From Azolla caroliniana (Eukaryota > Plantae > Polypodiophyta), in assembly GCA_043228905.1 (NCBI GenBank), contig JBHGNT010000022.1, forward strand, positions 6,262,001 to 6,326,000: a stretch of DNA of 64,000 bases, given 5' to 3'. Shown one piece after another: positions 44,258 to 56,575 of the stretch. The notes beneath the pieces were generated by a model, which was given only the letters and a program-made list of their open reading frames with translations, did not search any database and had not been told where the DNA came from. The position numbers and the translations under genes were made by a program. Numbering within the stretch: position 1 is the stretch's first letter; each line of letters begins with the position of its first letter.

Positions 44258-46580
44258 GAGCTTTGTACTTCGGCTTCTCTGAGTTAGATACATATTTGTA
44301 TTGGAATACCCATTTGCAAGGTAGCGGCTTTCTTCTAGCTGGTAGTTCGACCAACTCCCATGTATTGTTCTCTTTGATCGAGTCCATCTTGGATCTCATG
44401 GCTTGTAGCCATGTTTTGGCATCAGGTGCGGCTATAGCTTCTTCGTATGTGCTTGGTTCGCCTGCATCCATGTAGTTCATATAGTCGAGGCCCGGTTGAT
44501 AGAACTTTGTCGGCCTTCGATTTTGTCGAGATCTCCTGACTACCATAATGATCGGTTCGGATTCTTTGATCATCTCTGTCCACCTACTGGCATTTGTTGA
44601 ACCATTTATGTTAGGAGTTCTTTAAGGTGACTCGCCCTTGTGATAGGATTTCGGCGATGCCACGACATCCTCCCTTGCTTCGAGATTGAGAAACGTAGCC
44701 AACTCGAATATGTTTTTCCCTGTGGCCTTGGGTGGCTCGGTCGGGTCGACTTTGTTTCCGACTCACATCTTGTCAACTCTTGTCAATTCTACTTTTTCTT
44801 CGAGTTCGACTAGTGTATTGTCGGCTTGGTTGAGTTCAACTATTTGATGAATCTTCGATTTGGCCAAGTGGGTCGGTCTTTCTACAACTTCTTTGTCAAT
44901 TTCGAAGAGACCTTTTTGCCCATTATTTTCTGCCGGTTTTGCTAAGAGAGGATAGAGTCTTCATTGAAGACTACGTCATTTCTTCGGATAGCAGAAATCC
45001 CCATTGGTTCCATAACCGAGAAATATGCATTTTGTTGCCTGGGGTGCCAACTTGGTGTGTTTATCCCCGGGGATAAATGCGTAAGTTTCACATCCAAAAA
45101 TTCGAAGCCTGTCATAGATCGATTGCCACCATGACCATAGTGTCTGTGGCACTTCGAGCTTGATTGCTTTCAACGGTGATAGATTTATCCAATATACTGC
45201 CATCCGCAATGCTTCAACCCAGAACTCCAGCTTTAGTCCGGCTTGCTGGAGCATTGTCGTCACTCTCTCTTGGATCGTTCGATTGATCCGTTCTACCACT
45301 CCATTTTGCATGGGTGTGTAAGGAACAATCTTTTGATGTTGGATCCCTTTGTCAGATAGGTATTGCTTGAAGGCTTGGGAGGTATATTCGCCTTTGTTGT
45401 TGGAACGGAGTGTCTTCACTGTATGTCCCGACCGGTTCTCCGCTTTGATAATCATCGAGTGAAGATCTCAAGCGCTTTGTCTTTTCACCTAATCGAATAG
45501 TCCCAGACCTTCCGTGTTCAATCATCGATGAATGTGATGAAGTACCGAGAGCCACCTAGAGATCTTTTGGGCATCGGCCCACATATGTCTGTGTGCACGA
45601 GCTCTAGGGGATGTCGTACCGTCTCATAATGGAGAGAGTACAGACTTCGGGTCTATTTCCTATAGCGACAATGCTCATAGAAGTTCGTCTTTGCTTGAAG
45701 TTTCGAGATGTAGCCGACCACCATCAGCCGATCGAGTCTGGCTTGAGACATATGGCCGAGTCGGCTGTGCCATAAGTTCAGGTCGGTCTTTTCAGCTATG
45801 TTCACAAACCTTATGGATTGATCACCATCATTGGGTAGAAGTTGTTGTACTTGTGCCCGCTTCCGATTCTTAGATTTCCTCGACTGATCATCCATGCCGA
45901 CTCATTTAGAGTCGTTCGATAGTTGGAGGGGAACCTCTCCGATCCCTACAATTATGCACTCCTGCCAATTGTCAAGTCGGATTGTGCCGCAGGCATCGGC
46001 TGAATAGTTCCAAAACCATTCGATGTTCGGGGTTAGATGAATTGTGGCGCGGGAGTCTAGCAACCACATGTGTGCGTCTTGCGCATTGTAAAAGACTTTT
46101 CCGATCATCAAGTCCTCTAAGGAGAGGATTTCTCGTGATCGGGTGTCGACAACACTGACTTGGTTGCCAACTAGAGAGTGATCCGAGTCGGATCATCCTT
46201 GATTCTGCTCGGATCTCCGACCACTCTCTTTCCTCTTGATCGACCAGCGGTCAAAAACACTCTGACCAGCTTTTCTACAGTGAGTACAGAATTCGTCTGA
46301 CCGACCCGTTCTCGACTTCGACCATTGTCGGTCTCCCCTCGTTTCCGATCGACTATGATTTCAAGTGGTTCTGTCGATTTGTTTTCTTGATCAATTGTGT
46401 CGTTCGACTGACTTAGTCGAGTGGTGGGCTTCTTCTGACTCGTCGATGATGAATCCCCTCGATTTTCGCCGAATATCCTCAGTGAGGATTTGGCTGATTG
46501 TTTCATCCAGTTTTAGCCTAGGGCTCCTATTGGTTAATGTCGTACAGAAGACCTCCCAACTCGCTGGCAAGCTTGACAAG
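44253..46580 (-). mobile_element. Copia relic (gag-PR-INT-RT start)
   Basis: LSSLPASWE, WLLDS, LWHSRLGH, LRSNNKGEY..QNGVVERINR, LPCKWVF. No LTRs. Confidence 0.85.
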
Positions 46581-49500
46581 CGAAAGATCAAGTGCCTCAG
46601 GTCCAATGGCGCAAAGGAGTACTTCTTCGACTAGTTCTCGAGTTATCTATAGAAGGAGGGAATTCGACAAGAATTCTCGTGTAGGTACATACACGCCGTA
46701 GGAGAACGGCATGGCCAAGAAGAAGAATCAGACGATAGAGGAGGCGGCAAGTGCAATGCTTGAAGAGAAGCATCTACCGAAGTTCTATTGGGCCCAAGCG
46801 ATCAGCATAGCCGTCTACCTCCAGAATCGGGCATCTGCCAATGGAGGAGTTTTGCCACATGAGTTGTACTTCAAGAAGAAGCCGAACTTGGCACACTTGA
46901 GGGTTTTCGGTAGCATCGCATATGTGCATGTGCCGAAAGACAAATGACGAAGCTGGACGCCAAAATAGAGAAGTGTATCTTGGTTGACTACTCAGACGAA
47001 CAGAAGAGTTATAAGTGTTATAACCCCCGAACCAAACAAGCTCGCATAAGTCATGATGTTGTGTTCGACGAGTCCGCGTCGTGGTACTTGCCTTTGCCTC
47101 CAACCCCTGACAACTCCATTCTGATCTCTGACAAAGAGGTCAGTGAGGCTAAAATGCCTCGGGACGAAGGAGACATCGGAGCTCCTGAAGAGAGTTCGAT
47201 CTCATTCAGGCTAAGTGGGCCGAATGAGCGATTGAGTCAACATGACCAATCAGACGCAGAGCCAGCATGTTGTGGAGACTTGATCGTGCAATCCCCACGC
47301 CGGAAGCCGAGGAGACGGTTTATGCACAAAGAGAAGGGAAAGAAAAAGATGCCGGAGTACGGCATTGATAAAGACGAGTCAGATCGAAGCGAATCCAACT
47401 CAAAGAAGAACAAATACGGACCTTCGGAAACGAAGTCTCAGTCGGCCAAGAGGGCCTTAAAATTGGCTAATGAGCAATAATGCCGATCTACCCACTAGAA
47501 GAACCCCCTGGTGCGTTTTGGATACAATGAGTACATGGCGCATCATTACGCGTACATGACACGAGTGGCAGAAGTGCGTGAGCCGGCGAGCTAGGCAGAT
47601 GCGGCGAAGGACGCAACTTGGCATGCCGCAATGGAGGAAGAGATGCACGCATTAGCAGAAAATGAAACCTGGGACCTGGTTGACGTCCTGAAGGGTGTAA
47701 AGTCAATTGGATGTAGGTGGGTGTACAAGTTCAAGTATAACATCGACGGCTCTGTCAACCGCCACAAGGCCCGGTTAGGGGTGAAGGGATAGAGACAACA
47801 ACACGGCATCGACTACAATGAGAGATTTGCGCATGTCCCGAAGATGACAACCGTTTGTGTCTTACATGCGGTAGCCGCGGTAAAGGGGTGTCATTTACAT
47901 CAGATGGATGTAAAGAATGCATTCCTGCAAGGAGAACTTGAGGACCAGTCGTACATGGTATAACCCCCCGTATTTCACTCCGAAAAGAACACCTCGACAA
48001 TATGCCGACTGAAGAAGTCCCTTTATGGACCAAAACAAGCCTCGCACACGTGGAACAAGAAGATCACGCAGTGCCTACGTCGGATGAGGTTTGTGATGTC
48101 CAAATCGGACTCTTCATTGTTCGTCTGGCAAGGTCGACGTGGACCGGTTAGTATTTTACTTTATGTTGATGATTTAGTCAATGCCAACGCCAACCTAGAA
48201 GAAATCGGCCACGTAAAGTCCCAGCTCGTGGCATCATTCGACATGAAGGACCTAAGGGACCTTCATTACTTCCTAGGGATCGAAGTGATCCGCACCCCGG
48301 AAGGCATACTGATCAACCAACAACATTACGTGTTGAGTATGCTCTTGAAGTTCGGCATGGCCGACTGTAAGTCAATCTCAACTCCTTTGGACAGAAACTT
48401 CAAGCTTCGTCGAGATTTGGGAAAGACGTGCGACCCGACACGATTCCGGCAGATTGTGGGAAGCCTAATTTATTTCACGATCACTCGGCCAGATCTCAGT
48501 TACCCAGTCGGCCTAATTAGTCAATGTATGTGGCAGCCCACGGTCTAACACCTTCAATGCACGCAAAGGATCTATGTCTGCGGCACTAAGGATAGGGCGC
48601 TGCTATATTGCATCGGTATTGTCAAACAGCTCATTGGATACTCAAATTCCGATTGGGCCAGAAACGACGGCGATTGTAGATCCACATGTGGGTTTGCTTT
48701 CTCGCTTGGGAGTGTCGCGATCGCCTAGAGCAGCCGGCAGTTGCACTATCGAGCACAGAGGCTGAGTATCGAGGAGCGGCTATCACAACATACGAAACCA
48801 TATGCTCAATAACTACTCAAGGATTTGCAGGTGGAGGTGTCCGCTCCGACGACGATCTACTACGACAACCTCAGGAGCATCCAACTTGCAAAAAACCCCG
48901 TCTTCCATGCCCAAACCAAGCACATTGAGGTGCACTACCATTTTGTCCACGAGCGTGTCCTCTCCGGTGAAGTCAAACTAGCGTATGCTCCAACGAATCG
49001 GCAAACTGCTGACATCTTCACCAAGCCCCTTGGTCTTGACAAGTTGCGGCAATTCTCGGGTGCGCTTAGTTTGCGGCACCTCGACGTGTTGAATTTGAGG
49101 GGAAGAAAAGACAATGAAAGGGAGTAGGAAAGGAATGGAAGTGACCGCGAAGCTGAGTTGGATGAAGAATTCGATTTCGGGTCGGCTGAAGAAGCCGAAG
49201 GCGGAAACAAGGGCAGCAATCGAAGGGAAGAGCCGAAGTCAGCCGAACAAGGGGGATTTGAAGCCAAGAAGGGTGAGAAGTCCAAGACGAACACATGGTC
49301 TAATGTGGTTAAGGGCCTAAAGACAGAAGAGGAATTGGAGATAGCCAATTCGGGCAAGAGCAGAAACGAATCGGAGACAACCAATTCGGTTCGAATGTTT
49401 GATTCAGAGACATCGAATCAATTGAAGGCTAAGGGGAAGAAAGGGCAGTGGAAGAGGCACCAACACCACGATAGCAATGAAGCTGAAAAAGGCCGTACGA

Positions 49501-49853
49501 GCAGACAAGACGACTGAAAGGGTCGAGGCACGCGGAATCGAACGGGTCGAGGAGCACGTGTGAAGCCAGGAGAAGCCCGAGCGAAGACTAGGTGCGTAGA
49601 CTAGGTGCGTAAACTAGTGCGTAGACCGGGTGCGCAGCGAGAGGCCGTAGCGGTGCATAAATCGGGAGGCCGTTGGATAGATATTCCGCAAAGGAATATA
49701 TTTTGGCAGTTCATGTTGAGGCTCATTGATGAGCATTGAAGTACATGTCAGTACTTTTGTCAGACCGTATGGACTTGTGTAAAAGTGCTCTCTGAGCAAA
49801 TCCTATGTACAGAGTTTTAGTGTTTTGTTTTGGAATTGAGTTTTCTCTGTTCT

Positions 49854-49887
<34 letters not shown>

Positions 49888-49915
49888 GGGTACGCTGTGT
49901 TGATTAGGAGATAAT
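46581..49915 (+). mobile_element. Copia relic K (family of A): INT-RT-RNase H plus partial 3' LTR
   Basis: KCLRSNG.KEY, HLRVFGSIAYVH, LYVDDL, LAKNPVFHAQTKHIEVHYH. DNA similar to 405-2285, including LTR-like motifs at ~49660-49900. Confidence 0.85.
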
Positions 49916-49929
49916 ATGGATGTGGTCGA

Positions 49930-50955
49930 CATATACTTGGCTTCTGTGGTCGACAGCGCCACAGCCTTCTGCAGCCTCGACTGCGACAAAATGGCTCCCC
50001 CTGCATAAGTCATCACGTATCCAGAAGTGGATAAGTTGGTATCCACATAGCCGACATGTCAGAATCTGTATAACCTTCCCATATGGGGTTACCCGAGCTG
50101 AATTGAAGACACACTTTCGAGGTGCCTCTTCGGTACCGAAGTATCCACTTGATCGTTGCCCAATGCTCTCTTCCGAGATTGCTCATATATCAGCCAACCA
50201 CTCTGACTCCATACATGATGTCCGGCCTGGTGCAAACCATTGCATACATCAAGCTTCCGATTGCTGAGGCATGAGGGACTTTTGACATCTCAGCTTTCTT
50301 GGTTTTCGATTTCGGACGTTGGTTTTTAGATAGCTTACAGTTTGTCGGTAGTGGTGAGCCGACCGGCTTCGCGTCCTACATGTTGAATCTCTTGTGACAA
50401 CAATAACAGCTTCTTTGTTCGGTCCCGGACAATGTGCATCCCCAAGATTTGCTTTGCCGGACCCATATCCTTCCTTAAGAATGACCTACTCAAGGCCTTC
50501 TTCAAACTTCCGATTTTCTTCGGGTCCTGTCCGACAATCAGCATGTCATCAACATACAACAAGATGATGAGAAAATCTCTTCCATCATACTTCTTGACAA
50601 AGACGCAATGATCAGCTTGTGTCTTGCCGAAACTGTGATCCACCATGAAGGATTTGAACGTCTGGTACCATTGCTGAGATGCCTGATTCAGCCCATACAA
50701 GCTCTTTCTCAATCGGCATACCAGGTTTTCTCCACGAGTCCCCATTTCTCCACGAATCCTTCTGGCTCGTGCATGTATATCTCTTCCTCCAAATCTCCAT
50801 GGAGGAAGGCAATCTTGACGTCCAGTTGCTCGACTTTGATATCCATGTTGGCTGTAATGCTCAGCAGTGTTTAGATTGACATCATCTTCACGATCGGGGC
50901 AAATATTTCGTCGAAATCCACACCCTTCTTCTATTTCCGCCATCACCCAGTTTCA
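49930..50955 (-). mobile_element. Tork-like Copia relic (RT/RNase H); host of I
   Basis: LYVDDML, STSGYVMTYAGGA, ALSTTEAKY on the minus strand. Confidence 0.85.
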
Positions 50956-51392
50956 TATTAATCCTAGGGCCGGACAACAGCCTAACACAGGGTGTCCACT
51001 TAAGACACTTCACCAAAGGGTGTTACGGCAAGATGACTTACGACCCAACACTTAATTAGACCTTAATCGGTTACTTAGCAACACATTATTAACACGCGTA
51101 GGATATAACAATGAGTACAGAACGGTAATCAATACGGAAAGATTAAGGCAATAAGTTCTATTAATTATCCGCTATCAATTACATTGTAACCGGGCCTTTA
51201 TATAGGTCTCCGGTGCGAAGTACAAAACGGTGCCAACCGGCACCTATTCGGAATCGGTCTAGATCCGGATCGGCATACCAATTCTGGTCCGTCCGTGCAT
51301 ATTAATAAAATAATTACAACAGTTCCCGAATAAACTATTCATTTCACACTCTGGTCTGGACATCCTTAAGCCTTCTTTCCGGCCGGGTAACA
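50956..51392 (-). repeat. 3' LTR of I
   Basis: T(A)TTA...GGTAACA. Shares motifs with the E LTR and begins where Copia homology ends. The partner LTR is outside the window. Confidence 0.75.
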
Positions 51393-51394
51393 CA

Positions 51395-51434
51395 TGGCAC
51401 GCCCGTGGGACAGTACCTTGTACGTTGAACCCAT
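51395..51434 (-). promoter_or_regulatory. tRNA-3'-end-like element occupying the PPT position of I
   Basis: Sense ATGGGTTCAA-CGTACAAGGTACT-GTCCCAC-GGGCGTG-CCA, then TG, then the LTR. Confidence 0.7.
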
Positions 51435-51473
51435 TATTCGGCCCTACTACTCTTCGTCCAAAATGTCCAGAAT

Positions 51474-51732
51474 TGACAAGAACTCGTCCCCTATGCGCAA
51501 CGATCGGCCACAACCGAGCTTAGAATCATACACACAAAAAACGGTGAAAGAATGCACGACACGAAGAAGAGAAGAGTATACAGGATGTTTACGTGGAAAA
51601 CCCAAACTCAGGGGAAAAAACCACGGCAGCCCATAGGCTGCAAACTATCACTATGTTAGAATGTACAACAGTGAGTTCACGGAGGCAATGACCTTGTTCT
51701 CACGATCTTCGCCACAGGTGGTGGTTACAACA
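51474..51732 (-). repeat. Shortened 3' LTR of J
   Basis: 259 bp, matching 55795-56053 with about 17 substitutions. Confidence 0.9.
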
Positions 51733-51742
51733 AACTCCCCCT

Positions 51743-54700
51743 TCACTCCGGCATGGGGAGTCTTACTAGTCCGATCCGCTTCTTGCATGCATCCAGCTTG
51801 TCGGGTATCAGCACTTTGGTCAGCATATCTGACCCGTTCTCGGCTATGTGGATCTTTGTCAGCGCGAACTCCTGGTCATCTACTCTTTCCCGGATCCAGT
51901 GATACCTTCGCTGGATATGCTTCGTCCGGGAATGGTAGGCCGCATTCTTAGCAAGGTGGATGGCACTTTGACTGTCGCAATAGAGCTGGTATTCATCTTG
52001 CCGGATACCGAGTTCTCCGATGAAGTCCTTCATCCATAATATTTCCTTGCCAGCTTCCACAGCCGCCATGTACTCCGCCTCCGTGGTTGACAATGCAACT
52101 GTCTTCTGCAGCCTCGACTACCACGATACAGCTCCCCCTGCATATGTCATTACATACCCGGATGTAGACCGGCTGGTATCCACATCAGCCGACATGTCCG
52201 AATCGGTGAAACCGCCAAGTTGAGGTTTTCCGGAGCTGAATCGGAGACACATATTTGAAGTGCCCTTCAAGTACCGGAGTATCCATTTGACCTCGTTCTA
52301 GTGCTCCTTGCCGGGATTGCTCATAAACTGGCTCACCACTCCGACTACGTATCCTATATCCGGTCGGGTACAAACCATTGCGTACATTAAGCTCCTGACG
52401 GCAGAGGCCTTCTCTGCTTTCGTCTTCGGGCTTTGCTTACCGGATAACCTGCAGTTTGCCGGAAGTGTCGATCCGACCAGTTTCGCATCTGACATGTTGA
52501 ACCGGTGAAGCACCTTTGTCACGTACTTCTCTTGTGACAGCCACAATTGCTTCGTTGACCGGTTCCGGATAATATGCATCCCCAACATCTATCTTGCCGG
52601 ACCCAAGTCTTTCATTGAGAAGGTCTGGTTGAGAGCCTTCTTCAGCATCCGTATTTTGGCTTGGTCCCGTCTGACAATCAACATGTCGTCCACATACAGA
52701 AGGAGTATCAGGAAGTCGCCTCCTTCGAACTTCTTCACAAACACGCAGTGATCGGCCTGCGTCTTGTGGTACCCTTGATCGGTCATGAAGGAGTCAAACT
52801 TCCGGTACCATTGCCAGGGAGCGTGCTTCAGTCTGTACAGGCTCTTCTTCAACCGGCATACCAGGTGCTCCTTCCCTTTCTCAACGAATCCTTCCGGTTG
52901 CTGCATGTAGCTCTCCTCTTCGAGGTCGCCGTGAAGGAATGTCGTCTTCACGTCCAGCTTCTCTACCTCAAGGTCCATGCTTGCCGCTATACTCAGCACC
53001 GTCCGGATGGAGGTCATCTTTACTACCGGGGCAAATATCTCGTCGAAGTCCACGCCCTTCTTCTGCTGGAACCCCTTCACCACGATCCTGGCTCTGTATC
53101 TCGGGGGGTTGCCGGCATCTCCCGGTTTCAACTTGTACACCCAGTTGTTTCGGAGTGCCCGCTTTCCTTTCGGCAACTCCACCAATTCGTATGTATGGTT
53201 TTCATGCAGGGAATCCATCTCATCCTGCATGGCACTTAACCATTTGCGGTTGTGGGTGTCATCCTTCGCTTCTTCGAAGCTTTTTGGCTCCCCCTCATCG
53301 GTTAACAGCACATGCTCTGCATCCGGAAATCTCCGGGGGGGCCTTCTCTCTCTGAGAGGATATCTCCGTCTTTGGGCTTTGGTAATCGGCTCCTCCATTT
53401 GCTCTTCATCCGAATCCCATTCGGGGTCTTGGCCGGTTCCGGTTGCGGCTTCCTCTACTTCTTCTTCTGCTGGTTCTGTACCCTCACCGTAACCGGCTGG
53501 TTCCTCGAGTGCTAACCGGTCTCTTGCCGGTTGGGACTGCTCATCGTAGAATCGATCCTTACCAGTCGACTCGGAGTTCATTATCTTCTTCTCCGACTCC
53601 CAGTCGGCGAGCGTCTTGTCCTCCATGAAGATAATATCTCGACTCCGGAATACCTTCTTGTCGGCCAGGTCCCACACTCGGTAGCCGAACTCATCGTCGC
53701 CGTAACCAAGGAATATGCATGGCCGGGTCTTTGGATCTAACTTTCCTCTCCGGTCCTTAGCTACATGCACGTACGCGAGACACCCGAATACCTTCAGATG
53801 CCGGTAGGACACTTCCTTACCGGTCCAGACTCTCTGTGGCGTGTCTCCGTCCAAGGGTATTGAGAGTGATCTGTTTATCACATATGTCGCCGTCGACAGT
53901 GCCTCAGCCCAAAACTTCTTGGGTAGTTTTGCATGCGCTAGCATACTCCGGACCCTCTCCATTATGGTCCGGTTCATCCTCTCGGCCATCCCGTTTAGTT
54001 CCGGCGTCTTCGGCACGGTAAATTCAAGCCGGATTCCCTTCGAGCGACAGTACTCCTCGAACTGCCCCCGGTATTCACCTCTATTATCTGCTCGAACCAC
54101 CTTCAGCTTCCGGCCAGTTTCTCGTTCCACTCTCGCGTGGAGCTCTTTGAAGACGGATAGCACCTGATCCTTCGTCTTCAATGGTGTGGCCCACAGCTTC
54201 CGGCTGTGGTCATCTATGAACGTCACGAAGTACTGCAATCCTGCATGTGACTTCGTGTCCACTTGACACACATCAGTATGCACCAACTCCAATGGTACAT
54301 TACGTCTCATCGGTGGCCTTGGTCGGAAGGAGGTCCGGTTTTGCCTACCGGCCAGACAATCAGTGCACTTCTCCAAGTGCACGTTCTTCACTGGAATGAG
54401 GTTGTCTTCTGCAAGCCTCTTCATCCCCTTCTTGCTCATGTGACATAGCCTCTTGTGCCACAGCTCACCGGCAATGTCGGATGCCACGTTCACTTCCTCC
54501 GGACATAACCGGGCATTCATCAGGTACAGAGTGTTGACCTTCCGGGCTTGAGCCACAATCAGGCTCCCCTTGCTGAACTTCATAACACCGTTCTGGATGC
54601 TACCCGTGTAGCCTTCATCATCTAGCCGACCGGCTGATATCAGGTTCAGACGAACCTCCGGAATGTGTCGGACATCCTTCAGCAGCAACTTGCATCTGGT

Positions 54701-55765
54701 TGGTGTTGTCAGCCACACGTTTCCTATGCCGACAATTCGGCATGTACCTTCATTCCCCATCCGGACACACCCGTGATCACCAGCTGAGTAGGATGAGAAG
54801 CATTTCCGGTTCGGGGTAAGGTGGAACAACGCTCTAGAGTGGACCACCCAGGTCATCTCGTCGCCGGCAAGGTTTAGCTCACTCTCCTCGGTGATGAGCA
54901 TCAATTCTTCTTCACTTGTTGCTATTGTCGTTGTTCCCTTCCGGTCCGGCCTCCTCCGGTCTTTACCGTTCCGATGCGGGGTCCGCTTCGAATCGGTACC
55001 GCCGGTTTCCTTGTCTTTTCGGAAATGCCGACAGTTCTTTTGGAAGTGTCCCGGCTTGCTGCAATAGAAGCAAGTAGGCCTCCCCCTTGACTTTGACCGT
55101 GTCCCCGACTTCTCCCGGTTTTGGGGACTATGGTTTCTATGTCTTCCGCGTTCCGATTCGGTAAGGAGCGCTTTGGAGTCGGAGCTAGTATCCTTATCTT
55201 TCCGACGCGCCTCCTCATCTAGCAAGCTCGACTTCACTCTTGCTAGGGATAATCGTTTCCCTTCCAGCCCGGCGTTGCCCAAAGTGACAACCAACGTCTC
55301 CCAGCTATCCGGGAGGGAACCGAGCAGGAGTAGTGCTAGTACCTCATCGGCGAGAGGTACTTCCAATGATGTTGCCTGGTGAATCAGCCCCTGGAAGGCA
55401 TTCATGTGCTCCGCCATGCTGGAACCATCTTGGTACCGGAGTCTTACTAGCTTCCGGAATACCGAAACCTGATTAACATCATTTTTGTTTGGAAACATAA
55501 TGTCGATCTTCTCCCAGAGCTCATGAGCCTTGCTCTCTTCATTGAAGTTGTTGTATAGGCTCATGTAGATGAAGCACCGTATGTACGCCGTTGTCTTCAT
55601 GTGCATCACCTCCCATATCGTGGCGTCGATTTTGTCCGGTCTCTTGTCCCCAAACTGAACCGGCAACCAAATATCTTTAACCACGAGCATGTCCCTCATC
55701 TTCAACTTCCATACCGAATAGTTGGAGCCGGTGAGCTTGAACATGCCTCCCAACGAATCGTCCAT
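51743..55765 (-). pseudogene. J gag-pol polyprotein with premature stops
   Basis: Open from ATG 55765 to the stop at 52589, with further stops in RT/RH. The protease motif is degraded (WVVHSRA). pol is highly similar to H. Confidence 0.92.
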
Positions 55766-55794
55766 TTTCTGTGTCGTTTTGCTCTGATACCACT

Positions 55795-56575
55795 TGACAA
55801 GAACTCGTCCCCTATGCGTAACGCTCAGCCACAACCGAACTTAGAATCATACACACAAAAAATGGTGAAAGAATGCACGACACGAAGAAGAGAAGAGTAC
55901 ACAAGATGTTTACGTGGAAAACCCAAACTAAGGGGACAAAACCACGGCAGCCCACAGGTTGCAAACTATCACTATGTTAGAATGTACAACAGTGAGTTCA
56001 CGGAGGCAACGACCTCGTGCTCACAATCTTCGCCACAGGCGGCGGTTACAACAAAGGCAAAGACCTCTTTCTCTCTCTCTCTCTGTACATTGTTACGCGC
56101 TCTCTCTCTCTCCTTGCACCAACAAGAATGACAACAACTCATAACAAAAGTTTGCCCTAAGTCATATTTATACTAATATGACTTTTCGGCTATTTACAAA
56201 TATAGCCTCGATGGACTCTCAAAAACATATTTACGAATATGTCTCTTCATCCGGTGAGCACTCCTCACCGGGTCTTCACCATCTGGCTCTCCGTAGCCGG
56301 GTACTCCTCATCCGGTTCTCATCGGGTCTACACCATCCGGCTCTCCGTAGCCGGGTACTCCTCATCCGGTTCTCACGGGGTCTGCACCATCCGGCTCTCC
56401 ATAGTCGGGTACTTCTCATCCGGTTCTCACCGGGTCTGTACCATCCGGCTCTCCGTAGCCGGGTACTCCTCATCCGGTTCTCACCGGGTCTGCACCATCC
56501 GGCTCTCCGTAGCCGGGTACTTCTCATTAGCACTGTTCTTCTCCCTTCCCATCCGGAGGGACCTGTCTCCCAACA
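55795..56575 (-). repeat. 5' LTR of J
   Basis: TGACA...CAACA, 781 bp, adjacent to the PBS (plus strand GCTCTGATACCA). Confidence 0.93.
56268..56527. repeat. 54-bp tandem repeat (about 5 copies) in U3 of the J LTR
   Basis: CCGGGTCT.CACCATCCGGCTCTCCGTAGCCGGGTACTCCTCATCCGGTTCTCA units, head to tail. Confidence 0.9.

Larger units (their letters stand above)
51474..56575 (-). mobile_element. Copia element J (Tork-like, degenerate)
   Basis: TSD AGAAT (51469-51473, 56576-56580). LTRs at 51474-51732 (shortened) and 55795-56575. Met-i PBS at 55781-55792, PPT at 51735-51744. Confidence 0.95.

Noticed and set aside
56268-56527. Regular repeats resembling a CRISPR array (also 12446-12580)
   Set aside because: Head-to-tail tandem units without unique spacers, inside Copia LTRs, in a eukaryotic context with no cas genes.
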